Shown here in pieces: positions 19,025 through 27,967 of a stretch of 64,000 nucleotides of DNA. A program made the translations under genes and the position numbers. The DNA is from Candidatus Obscuribacterales bacterium (GTDB lineage Bacteria; Cyanobacteriota; Vampirovibrionia; Obscuribacterales; Obscuribacteraceae): the NCBI GenBank assembly GCA_965228855.1, contig CBDDIJ010000002.1, forward strand, positions 1,280,001-1,344,000. Reading direction: 5' to 3'. The notes beneath the pieces are model-generated. The model saw only the letters and a program-made list of their open reading frames with translations, was not told the DNA's origin and ran no database searches. The number at the start of each line of letters is the position of its first letter. Positions within the stretch are counted from its first letter, which is position 1.

Positions 19025-20059
19025 TCAATCAATCAAAATTGGAAATTCTTTTGGGACCATCACTGTCACCGCCCGTGGTGCAACCTCTATTGTCATAGGG
19101 GTCGTTCCGCAGGCGTCTCCATCTATCATTGCAGTGGCTTCTTTGTTGAGAACCAGCGGAGGTTTCTCATAAAAACCGAATGAGTTTTTAAATCGTCGCC
19201 AGGTTTTGTCAATTAAAGATGAGTGCCGGCTGACCGGAACGACTTCCAATTTCACAGACCGGGTCACTTTCTTCACGTAGTATGGTGCGTCCTGTTCGCC
19301 GCCCAGTCCACCGGCAAACCGAAATCCCATCTCAAGATAGTCGTGAAATTCTTTCGGTTTTAAGACGCAAAGGTCTAGTATGCCGTCATCCAGGCGCGCT
19401 GATTCTGATAGCAACCCGATACCGAGGTCGGCGATATTTGTCACGAACACACCAGCAGCAGCCACTGTAACGGTTTCTTCCTCGTCGATGGTCACGCGCA
19501 TGAGGAGGGGCGCCTGGGCTAGCGTGTGAACCAGAGAGCCTGCATACGCCAGCATCTTCCAGTTGACCTTGTTGTGATGCTCGGGCATGAGGATTGCGTC
19601 GCTCATTGGACCGACTCCTGCGGCGACCGCGAAACGGTGACCGTTCATGATTCCCAGGTCCATTGTGAAAGGCTTGCCGTTCACCAATGTGTCGACGGCC
19701 TTATCGAGTGGGTCGGATAATAGATTTTCGTCGTACAGGCCTAGGTTTCTGGCCAGTTGGTTGCCCGTGCCGGCTGGCACGATACCTACAGGTACTCTGG
19801 TAGGTGCCAGCGACGCAGCCTCCAGAGCAATGCGAATCGTGCCGTCACCACCGGTCGCGACCAGCAAATCAGCGCCATTCTGAAGAAAGTCCAGTATTTC
19901 TTGCGTGTCCGTTTCAGGCGTGGTCGCGATTGTTGCGACTTCGTATCCGGAACCGCAAAGCTTGTGAACTATCTTTCCGACCCACCACTCGGGCGATACA
20001 GCCGATCCGGCGTGGGGGTTGTAAAGTAAATAACCACGTTTACGCACGTTGCTAGTCAA
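19025..20059 (-). CDS. Diacylglycerol/lipid kinase (YegS/DgkB family)
   Basis: YNPHAG, GGDGT, PAGTGNQLARNLG, LDDG, IDGD; TTG start with GGAGG RBS. Confidence 0.92.
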   Translation of the reverse strand: MTSNVRKRGYLLYNPHAGSAVSPEWWVGKIVHKLCGSGYEVATIATTPETDTQEILDFLQNGADLLVATGGDGTIRIALEAASLAPTRVPVGIVPAGTGNQLARNLGLYDENLLSDPLDKAVDTLVNGKPFTMDLGIMNGHRFAVAAGVGPMSDAILMPEHHNKVNWKMLAYAGSLVHTLAQAPLLMRVTIDEEETVTVAAAGVFVTNIADLGIGLLSESARLDDGILDLCVLKPKEFHDYLEMGFRFAGGLGGEQDAPYYVKKVTRSVKLEVVPVSRHSSLIDKTWRRFKNSFGFYEKPPLVLNKEATAMIDGDACGTTPMTIEVAPRAVTVMVPKEFPILID

Positions 20060-20367
20060 GAGCCTCCATTAGCCACCCTGTGCGGGATATCGGGCGTATA
20101 TAGATGCGAGCGTTAGAACAATCTCGCTTGCAGTGGAAGTCAACAGTCGATAAAATCCTCGCTTGTACTCGAACCTGTGGACTTCTGGATAGTTTCACCT
20201 AGGTTTGAGGTTGGGTCCAGGTACAGATAAAGATCTAATTTCCCCGATCAGATAGTTCTGTGTTAAGTTTGATGGGCTCACATTCGGATATTAGCCGATT
20301 TTCAATATCCAAGTGTCAGCGCAGTGATTTGCTTACAGCTATCTATCTAGTGGAAAGGTAGGGGTTT

Positions 20368-20964
20368 GTGAAGGAATTAAGTCGAAAACTGTCATGCATG
20401 GCTGTCGCAGCCGTGCTTACGTTAGGACTATCTGGAACGGCATTAGCTGATTCGCATTCGTCGGGTGTTGTGGAGCACGCAACAGTCACCGAATCGGTCA
20501 TCGATGGCGACAGATATTCAGTCACAAAGATTGTCGTTCATGCAGCGCCCCATCAAGTCTGGAATGTCCTGGCAGACTTCGATAACGCGCCCAAAGTGTT
20601 CCCGCAAATGAAAAAATGCGAAGTCATCAAAGACGAGGGACACTCGAAGATCGTGAAACACACGGTTGCACCCAGTGGACCGGTTGGAACATATTCGTAC
20701 ACTCTGCGCATCACGGAGAAGGCTCCGAAATTTATGGAGTGGCACCGTCTGAGTGGAGCGTTCAAACAGGTCAAAGGCTTCTGGAAGCTTGAGCCGCTAG
20801 ACAATGGTCGCACCACGCAGGTGACATATGCGAGTTTCGTCGACGGTGGATTTTTCGTCCCGGCTCCGTTGATTCGTCGTCAGAGCCGAATTGACATGCC
20901 GTCGGTGATGACCGCTTTGAAGTCGCAAGTGGAATCGAAAATTCAAATTGCAGGCAAGCCCTAA
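20368..20964 (+). CDS. Exported SRPBCC/START (polyketide cyclase-like) protein
   Basis: VWNVLADFDNAPKVFP, GAFKQVKGFWKLEP; signal peptide ending ALA. Confidence 0.85.
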   Translation: MKELSRKLSCMAVAAVLTLGLSGTALADSHSSGVVEHATVTESVIDGDRYSVTKIVVHAAPHQVWNVLADFDNAPKVFPQMKKCEVIKDEGHSKIVKHTVAPSGPVGTYSYTLRITEKAPKFMEWHRLSGAFKQVKGFWKLEPLDNGRTTQVTYASFVDGGFFVPAPLIRRQSRIDMPSVMTALKSQVESKIQIAGKP

Positions 20965-20992
20965 ACCGCTTCCAGCAATCAAACACTTCTTT

Positions 20993-21019
20993 ATAGGTTC
21001 CGAAGTTTTCGGAACCTAT
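20993..21019. terminator. Hairpin between convergent genes
   Basis: ATAGGTTCCGAA-gtt-TTCGGAACCTAT, perfect 12-bp inverted repeat; weak U tract. Confidence 0.5.
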
Positions 21020-21450
21020 TCTATTCTCATGCGCTGTTTTCTGGCTGGGGGACGCTCTTCCCTGGTTTCACCTTGTCGCGCTTTATTCCGGTCGGCGGGA
21101 TCGTCGCCATAGAGTTCATCTTTAGGTGGCGGTGGCGGATCTAATATAGCGGGTGTTGTCGGTGCAGTTTTCGGTTTCTCTTTTGGAACTAAACCGCTCA
21201 CGCCTTGCGAAGCATTCACAAATGAACTTTTCAAAGAATCACCGTTCATTACGGCTACTACTGCTCCGATAATAATGAGCGTGCAAACAACAAGACCAAT
21301 CAGGAAATTTTTCAAGGCTGGTATCGCATCCGGTGCACTTCCCGCACTCTTTCCTCCGGCCGGACTGGTGCTTTTGGAAGACTTGCCACCATTTTTGGAT
21401 GGCTCCATACGCTTTTGCTTTTCCGACGAGTCACGTTGAGATAGAGGCAT
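21016..21450 (-). CDS. Small single-pass membrane protein
   Basis: One TM helix flanked by low-complexity/Pro-rich segments; 12 bp downstream of kinase-like gene. Confidence 0.7.
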   Translation of the reverse strand: MPLSQRDSSEKQKRMEPSKNGGKSSKSTSPAGGKSAGSAPDAIPALKNFLIGLVVCTLIIIGAVVAVMNGDSLKSSFVNASQGVSGLVPKEKPKTAPTTPAILDPPPPPKDELYGDDPADRNKARQGETREERPPARKQRMRIE

Positions 21451-21462
21451 TGATCGGAAACC

Positions 21463-24354
21463 TCACTTGGGGCGGTCATCATAGTTTGAATATTCGATGC
21501 GGACTCTGCTTGGTCTCCGCTTGCTTTGCGCGGAGTTGTTGGTCACTCCGAAGGATGGGCTGTCGGAAGAGGCAGTGGTTTGCCCGGGTTGCCTCGGGAC
21601 TGCCCACGGTTGCAGGGTGGTATGGATTTCGTGGGGTTTAAGCTTACGCTTGAGGAGTCCCGCGTCTTTCTTTGGCTTTTCCAGAACTATCTTGGGACCT
21701 TCTTCTACTGGTATTTCTTCTGGCTCAATTTTTCTTCCTGGCAGAATCATGCTGAGTTGGCGTGAAGCCTGGAAGTACATTTCCCTCACTTGTTTCGGAT
21801 TCGTCAGGATGTACGTGATGCAACCTACGGTAAGTCCTCCGCAGATGACGATAAAGCCTATCAATCGAGCCATTGTAGCCAGGGGCGACCGCCTTGGGCC
21901 GGCTGTCTGTGCGGCGACTTGCTCGGCAAACTTCATCACCACAGTTTGTTCCTGGTTGGACTGTTTTTTCTTCAGTGCGACTAGTTCGCGAATCGTGCTT
22001 CTAATTCGTTGAGGTCCAGTGCGGCTTTGAGCTTTTCGAATTCTGCGACGTTGCTGAGGTGTGACTTCTTGGACCAAATTGCTTAGTTCGGCGGCTGGTA
22101 CTACCGGTGGTGATTGATAGCTTTCGGCAACCGGCGTTTGTTCGGGCTGTTGATATTGAACAGGAGCCTCCGGTTCCGCTCCCGGGTAGGGAACGTGCTG
22201 CGGGTACGTCGGCGCTTCACCGAGGTCCAGGACAGGCACCTCTGTGGTATCGTATTCTGGTTCTTCCGCGAATTCCGCATGAACTGCTTGAATCCACTCT
22301 TGGATTGCTTGTTTGAAGGTCGTGATAGAGTCTGTGCGATATTGAGGCTCCGCATCCAGGGCTTCTTGAACAATTTCGTTTAGCTGGTGCACTCGTTTAA
22401 GATCCGGATTGAAACGAGCTAGAGGTTCCGGAGCTTGTTCTGCGTCGACCCGCCCCCTGCCGTCGAACGGCAGGTGACCGGTAGCCATGCGAAACGCTAT
22501 GGCACCGAGACTGTAAACATCGGATTGCGCAGTTATGGTAGCTCCACTCAGAGTTTCTGGGCTTAAATAAGCGAATGCTTTGGTTCTGGAAGTGGTATCG
22601 CCAGCGATATCAGCTAATGCCGCGATCTGGAAATCGCAAATCTTCACCTGTAGTTGCTCGTTCTCGTCGATCAGTAGAATGTTGTGCGGTGTTAGTCTGT
22701 CGTGAGTACACTGATGACTGTGTGCGTATTCTAGAGCAGACGCAGTTTGCGTCAGGATTAAAGCAATGGCGTCTTCATCATCAAGCTTTTCGACCGATTG
22801 AAGGATCTCTTCGAGAGTGACACCTTGTTGATTCTCCATCATGTAGAACGGCTGTCCATCAGGAGATTCTAAGTAGTGAAGGGACTTGATGATGTGCGGA
22901 TGTTTCAGTCTTCCCTGTTTAACGACTGCTTGCTGAAACTTCTCTTTAACCAGTGGATTGAGAACCTTCGGAGTTTTTACTGCAACTACGTCGTCGTTAT
23001 TAAGCTGCATTGCCGAATAGACGAAACAATACGAGCCTTCGCCGATCAAGTCCATCACGGCGTAGTTGTCGAAGAGTGTTTGACCGATGAGAGAAATTTT
23101 TCTGTTGGGGTTAGCCGCAGCACCCTTCGGGGCGGCAAGACTTTGCGAAGCATCCGGCGTAGGTTGTAATTGCGCTTTCCCGGCGTTTTGAAGCTCGTCT
23201 TCGTCGAAAAACTCTTCATCTGAAATCTTTCCGGCGTTAAATTCACTGTATCCCGCTGGCGCCTTAATTGAAATCGGCTCTCGAAATGGCACCGGGGGTG
23301 GTGTTACCGGCTTTGCCGCAGGAAGTGATTGTTGTGAAACGGCTGGCGTGACGTTCTGTGCAGGAGGAGATTGTTGTTGAACGATAGGTGCGGCAGTTTG
23401 CGCCGGGAGTGATTGTTGTGAAACTGTAGGCACAGCAGGCTGCGCGGGAAGCGGTTGTGAGACGGCTGGCGTGTCGTTCTGCGCAGGAAGCGATTGTTGT
23501 GAATCGGTAGGTGCGGCAGTTTGCGCGGGAAGGGATTGGTGTGAAACGGTTGGCGCGGCGGGCAGCGCCGGAGGCATCGCGGGGATGTCTGTAAATGAAC
23601 TTTTTCCGCCAAAGCGGTTTGCTATAGCCGCCGTCAATCCCGAGGAAGTGATCGCCGGTTTCAGCGGCCGTTCCTCTGCCTTCCGTTCTGAAGGTGGTTG
23701 CGGCGTATCGGTCTGTGGAGGAGGGTCTACCGCTGTGCTCTCTGGTATGTTTGCGGATACAGGCTCCGGTTCGTCAATGTTCTGCGGCTTGATGCTCGGA
23801 ATTTGCGCTTCCAGCCTTGTGTTAGATATTCTGGCGTCGATCGTCGTCCCCGGTTTAGCAATCTCGGGTTTTCCGCCGTCATCCATGATGTCCATGACAT
23901 GGGCACTCGACCAGGAGAACAAGCCCTCCGAATCAGTTTCACTCAAAGACGGTGCCTTGGGAGGTACGGGCGCATCTGAAGCAGTGCTGTCGCCATCCTC
24001 ACCGTCAGCGGAATTCGATGTCTTTTCTAATTTAACTCCGGAATCAGTCGTTGCCCCGAGAGCGCTTTCTTGTGATTGTTCGGAGCTGACTGCATCAGTC
24101 TCTTCAGTGTTTTTGGTTTTCGGGATCACGCGACCGGTGATCGTTGATATCTTTGGTGAGATACCCGAAGTTTCCGACTCCGAGTCCGTTTTCGCTGTCG
24201 TTTTAACCGGCGCAATCAGAGACTTCAAAGACTCGCTTGTCTTCGGTCGATCCGGCGCAAGCGAACCACCGGTGGGTTTTCCATCGGTTACAGATTTGTT
24301 GGATTGTGGGTCGAGTTTCCCGTCGCCCTGCTCGGCGTTCTGGTTGTCACTCAT
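21463..24354 (-). CDS. Membrane-anchored Ser/Thr kinase-like protein (probable pseudokinase)
   Basis: IGEGSY, VAVK, LKHPHI, HDRLTPHNILL, KICDFQ, YLSPE, SDVYSLG; C-terminal TM; long disordered N-terminus. Confidence 0.88.
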   Translation of the reverse strand: MSDNQNAEQGDGKLDPQSNKSVTDGKPTGGSLAPDRPKTSESLKSLIAPVKTTAKTDSESETSGISPKISTITGRVIPKTKNTEETDAVSSEQSQESALGATTDSGVKLEKTSNSADGEDGDSTASDAPVPPKAPSLSETDSEGLFSWSSAHVMDIMDDGGKPEIAKPGTTIDARISNTRLEAQIPSIKPQNIDEPEPVSANIPESTAVDPPPQTDTPQPPSERKAEERPLKPAITSSGLTAAIANRFGGKSSFTDIPAMPPALPAAPTVSHQSLPAQTAAPTDSQQSLPAQNDTPAVSQPLPAQPAVPTVSQQSLPAQTAAPIVQQQSPPAQNVTPAVSQQSLPAAKPVTPPPVPFREPISIKAPAGYSEFNAGKISDEEFFDEDELQNAGKAQLQPTPDASQSLAAPKGAAANPNRKISLIGQTLFDNYAVMDLIGEGSYCFVYSAMQLNNDDVVAVKTPKVLNPLVKEKFQQAVVKQGRLKHPHIIKSLHYLESPDGQPFYMMENQQGVTLEEILQSVEKLDDEDAIALILTQTASALEYAHSHQCTHDRLTPHNILLIDENEQLQVKICDFQIAALADIAGDTTSRTKAFAYLSPETLSGATITAQSDVYSLGAIAFRMATGHLPFDGRGRVDAEQAPEPLARFNPDLKRVHQLNEIVQEALDAEPQYRTDSITTFKQAIQEWIQAVHAEFAEEPEYDTTEVPVLDLGEAPTYPQHVPYPGAEPEAPVQYQQPEQTPVAESYQSPPVVPAAELSNLVQEVTPQQRRRIRKAQSRTGPQRIRSTIRELVALKKKQSNQEQTVVMKFAEQVAAQTAGPRRSPLATMARLIGFIVICGGLTVGCITYILTNPKQVREMYFQASRQLSMILPGRKIEPEEIPVEEGPKIVLEKPKKDAGLLKRKLKPHEIHTTLQPWAVPRQPGQTTASSDSPSFGVTNNSAQSKRRPSRVRIEYSNYDDRPK
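23317..23553 (-). repeat. About six ~42-bp tandem units encoding PxVSQQSLPAQ repeats
   Basis: Recurring GATTGTTGTGAAAC-like segments; protein PTVSHQSLPAQTAA/PTDSQQSLPAQNDT/... Confidence 0.85.
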
Positions 24355-24499
24355 TTCAACGGTTCCAGCTTGCCCCTACATTGTTCCCAGGGCTTATTTA
24401 AATATATACCTGGTCAAGCTTTTCTGTTTTATGCAGAGCGGGTAGAACATTGATAGTGCTGAGGTTCGGCGCCGCAACAATCGGTTTCGGAGTTTTACT

Positions 24500-25336
24500 A
24501 TGCGACTTACGCCATTGATATCGGCAGCTGCCGGGGTGTTCGTAATCTTATCGGCAACTGGAGTGGACGCTAAGCGATTGGATGAAACAGCTGTGAAAGC
24601 TGCTAGTCGACCACCGAAGGATTTGTGGCTGATTTCGCAAAAGACTGATGGCGGCATCAATTACACCATATGCGTGTCTAAAGGAGCGGTCAAATTCGTT
24701 ACCGGGAATCTAGCCGTCATTGCCAAGGCGCCCGATTGGAAAGTTTCCCTCTTGAACGAGAGGACCAAGCTGTACTGGCAAATGCCCCTTTCTGACTTCA
24801 CTGGCCTGGCTCCCGTAGAAAATTTTGACTTGAAACAGCTGGAGCCTGCGGCGGAAACAAACGACGAGGCTAAGGATGGTAAGCCGAAAGTCGCAAAGCG
24901 AGCGGTTCAAAAACTTGAAGGCAAACCGGACTATAGTGCGGAAAAAGCCAAGAAGATGGGCTTCACGCCTGCGAAAGTGACGGTGTGGACTTGTTCGGAT
25001 ATTCAGGCTGATCCGCAAGCGTTGGATGTTTTAGCGCGTTTGTATGGCACATCCGGAATAAAGGGAATTCCTCTGCAGGTCCAGATGGAGACAGCTTCCG
25101 GGGAGAAAATTGATTGTCTAAAAACCGAATGGTGTTTCGATCGCAATCTTGCGCCTCTGTTTTTCGATGTGACAAAGCAATTCAAAAAAGCTAAGAGCCA
25201 GGCGGATTTGATGGCCAAGCTAAACGCGAGCACCGCTCGTGGTGATTTGAAACCGCATGAAGCGGTCAGTCCTCACGTCAAGCAACTGATTAAAAACAAA
25301 GGTGCTAAAGCCGCCGCGAGTATGCCGACTCCATAG
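24500..25336 (+). CDS. Exported hypothetical protein (DUF4412-like fold possible)
   Basis: Signal peptide; LLNERTKLYWQM...GIPLQ...FDV pattern. Confidence 0.75.
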   Translation: MRLTPLISAAAGVFVILSATGVDAKRLDETAVKAASRPPKDLWLISQKTDGGINYTICVSKGAVKFVTGNLAVIAKAPDWKVSLLNERTKLYWQMPLSDFTGLAPVENFDLKQLEPAAETNDEAKDGKPKVAKRAVQKLEGKPDYSAEKAKKMGFTPAKVTVWTCSDIQADPQALDVLARLYGTSGIKGIPLQVQMETASGEKIDCLKTEWCFDRNLAPLFFDVTKQFKKAKSQADLMAKLNASTARGDLKPHEAVSPHVKQLIKNKGAKAAASMPTP

Positions 25337-25559
25337 GAGTCTTTTAAGCGCATTTGATTCGAACTTAAATTAGATGCGCCAGAAACAGTGGTAGCACATA
25401 TGGTGGCGCATGCCGACATCTGAGCGGAATGTGTTTCTTGACTACTGGTGGCTGGATTCACCCATATGAAAGTTAGTTTCGACATTATTACGATTACGAA
25501 CCTGTAAAACCAATAATGTCGCACTTCTCTGTTAAAATGAAAAACTCAAATTTATACAT

Positions 25560-25643
25560 GGAGAGGTACCGAAGCGGTCATAACGGCGCCGCCTCGAAAG
25601 CGGATGGGTGCAAGCCACGTGGGTTCGAATCCCACCCTCTCCG
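25560..25643 (+). tRNA. tRNA-Ser(CGA), CCA not encoded
   Basis: Acceptor stem GGAGAGG/CCTCTCC with G discriminator; anticodon arm CCGC-CT-CGA-AA-GCGG; long variable arm; T arm GTGGGTTCGAATCCCAC. Confidence 0.96.
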
Positions 25644-25670
25644 ATCCTTTTGAGAATGGAACAGTCGAAA

Positions 25671-25693
25671 AGGTCAACCTGGCAGGTTGACCT
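25671..25693 (+). terminator. Hairpin downstream of tRNA-Ser
   Basis: AGGTCAACCT-ggc-AGGTTGACCT perfect 10-bp inverted repeat; weak U tract. Confidence 0.5.
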
Positions 25694-25786
25694 CAATTTC
25701 CAAGCGCTTGCTTCCGAGGGAGGGCGTTGTCCTCAGTCGGTCGCTGTCGGTTAAGATTGAAAGGTCGGCGGGGCTGGTCACAACCC

Positions 25787-26455
25787 ATGAAATTGCCTGG
25801 TTCAACAATCAAAATCGTACTCGCGATAGCAATCGGATTTGGCGTGGCGCCCTTTGTGGTTTCCTGCGTCAATCAAAAACCTGTCGAGTTGAAAAAAGTG
25901 CCGCTATCCGTCGAGCGCATTCGGTTTGATTCAAAAGGCGATTTGAGTAATGTGCCATTGAATGAAAACGAAGGCGCCGTCACCGTTTGGAGTTTTGGTT
26001 GCAAAACTGATTTTGATTTTGACATCGTTGAGAAGACATTTTTGACGAAAAACGATTACATGGTCACTATCAAAATCAAAAGTTGCAGGGTCGAATTAAC
26101 CGCACCGGTTACTGTTTACTTACCGGACGGTGCTGATAAGCAGCTTGTCGAGCATGAAGACGGGCATGTCGAGATCTGCAGACGAATCTATGCAACGGCA
26201 GATAGACAGGCTCTAATCGCCGCTTCGCAGGCGATTGGCAAGACCTATCAAGCGTCTGGCAGCAGTGTGGACGAGGCTTGCCAGAAGGCGGTTGAGGACG
26301 CGAGTTTGACAATCAGTCAAACTTATCACGACCGAGCATCAATGGCAGTTAATCGTATTTCTGAGGCATACGATATTTTGGATCGAGCGGAACCAGGCAA
26401 CGCCAAGGAGCTTGTCGAGAAGGCGATGAACAGGCAGATTGACACACGAAGGTAG
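25787..26455 (+). CDS. Exported DUF922-like zincin (HExxH) protein
   Basis: LVEHEDGHVEI motif; hydrophobic N-terminus ending VVSC (possible lipobox). Start set at ATG 25787. Confidence 0.7.
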   Translation: MKLPGSTIKIVLAIAIGFGVAPFVVSCVNQKPVELKKVPLSVERIRFDSKGDLSNVPLNENEGAVTVWSFGCKTDFDFDIVEKTFLTKNDYMVTIKIKSCRVELTAPVTVYLPDGADKQLVEHEDGHVEICRRIYATADRQALIAASQAIGKTYQASGSSVDEACQKAVEDASLTISQTYHDRASMAVNRISEAYDILDRAEPGNAKELVEKAMNRQIDTRR

Positions 26456-26458
26456 TTT

Positions 26459-27802
26459 CTACTTCTTGAAGCGACCTTCAACAGCGCGAGCTTCGGTCTC
26501 GTACTTCTTCGCTTCTTCTGGCAAGTTGCTCTCTTTCAGGACTTCTGAGAACCACATGAGAGTGAACGCATAGCGTTTGTCGTCTTCCAGTCTGTGCTTC
26601 GCTTCCACTGCGAACTTCTGTTTACAGTCAGCTAGATAACCTTCCGGATCGCGCACGATGCTGGAAGCATTTAATGGGAAGAAGTTGAGAGCCCAGCGAG
26701 AAACGTTGCCGTGTGCTTTCGGTTCTTTTGCAGTAACCCCAACCCGTCCGCCTTTGGGGTCTGCCGATTTTTCCTCGCCCTTGGAAAACTTCAATGTTTT
26801 TGCTGAAGCATATGCTTTCTCCTGGTCAGAAATTGACGCGTCTAAACGCGCAATTTCCTTTGCAAGCGCTGCTTGTTCGACGGAGCCGACATTTCCATCG
26901 AGACCTTGATATGCCGAAAGAAATGGCGCCACACCTACGCCCTTGTCCTCTAGCTCTCGAATGCGATTTAGCAAGGCCGCACGCTCCGATTTTAACGGTC
27001 CATCGGATACTTCGAGGTCTTTCGTCGTCAGTTTCGAAGTGCCGGCGTTAATCTGCATGGAGCCGAATGCGGCGGCGACTTGTTTCTGAATGGTGGCTAT
27101 GTTGTTGAGCGAGATAACAACTTGTTTGTATTTGCCTCGCTCGGCCGGGTTGTAAAAAGTGACCATAATCCGTTTTGCTGCGCTGTTGCTTCCGACAAAA
27201 TCAAGCGCAGTCTGCGCTATTTTATACGCCTCATACTTGTATTCGTCGTCGCTCAAGGCTGGCATTTTGCAGGAAACTTCAATTTCTTCGCCACGGTCGA
27301 CTGTCTGAAAATCACGTCTGGCAGCGGCGGATAACATCATCCGACTTTCAATGGCCGTTGCTGTATCTTGAACTTTTCCTGATTTTATTTCAATGGAGGA
27401 AAGCAATTCATCCTGACCCATGGCGCCGGAATCGAAAGCCTTTACGTCGCCTGCTCGGATAGTAACGGCGCGGTATTCATTGGCGGCGCGTGAGTTATAG
27501 AAATACACGACGATGCTTGTGATGCCGCTTCCCGGCATGTCAAAAACTGTTTTCCCGATTAACAATGCGTCGATTTTTGAGTCTTTATCGTCGGCACGTT
27601 CGTTTCTGAACGTCGAGATCGAGGCTTGCTCGCCCTGCACGCGGACTTTCATTTGAGTTCCGGGAGCGAGAATCTTTGCTTTGTTAATTGCAGCAGTCAC
27701 TTGTTCAGCACTGGCTGCTGCCAGAGCCGGATTTTGAAGTAGTAAAAGAGTAGTAGCCGTCGCGATACTGAGAAAACCGGCTCTATAAGCTCGATTAAAC
27801 AC
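26459..27802 (-). CDS. Exported hypothetical protein with internal domain duplication
   Basis: GTG at 27802 with GGAGG RBS; signal peptide ending ALA; two similar segments VYFYNSRAANEYRAVTI and VTFYNPAERGKYKQVVI. Confidence 0.8.
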   Translation of the reverse strand: MFNRAYRAGFLSIATATTLLLLQNPALAAASAEQVTAAINKAKILAPGTQMKVRVQGEQASISTFRNERADDKDSKIDALLIGKTVFDMPGSGITSIVVYFYNSRAANEYRAVTIRAGDVKAFDSGAMGQDELLSSIEIKSGKVQDTATAIESRMMLSAAARRDFQTVDRGEEIEVSCKMPALSDDEYKYEAYKIAQTALDFVGSNSAAKRIMVTFYNPAERGKYKQVVISLNNIATIQKQVAAAFGSMQINAGTSKLTTKDLEVSDGPLKSERAALLNRIRELEDKGVGVAPFLSAYQGLDGNVGSVEQAALAKEIARLDASISDQEKAYASAKTLKFSKGEEKSADPKGGRVGVTAKEPKAHGNVSRWALNFFPLNASSIVRDPEGYLADCKQKFAVEAKHRLEDDKRYAFTLMWFSEVLKESNLPEEAKKYETEARAVEGRFKK

Positions 27803-27967
27803 TTGCCAACCCTCCAGGTACACCAGCCAATATCTCACCTCACTATACCCGACTTGCGAGGCGTATATCATATAAACGAACGGTCGGAAGCGACTGAAAG
27901 GAATCAGGAAGACCCGTACAATTTGGAAGCAATTGAGGCGAACTTGGCCAATCGAAATGCCTTGGAA

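Noticed and set aside
23317..23553. Periodic repeats as a CRISPR array
   Set aside because: In-frame degenerate coding repeats without unique spacers; no cas genes.
23471..24445. 324-aa plus-strand ORF
   Set aside because: Antisense shadow of the low-complexity N-terminus of the kinase-like gene.
25560..25700. tRNA-Ser as an integration site for a genomic island
   Set aside because: No integrase nearby and I saw no duplicated tRNA 3' end elsewhere in the window.
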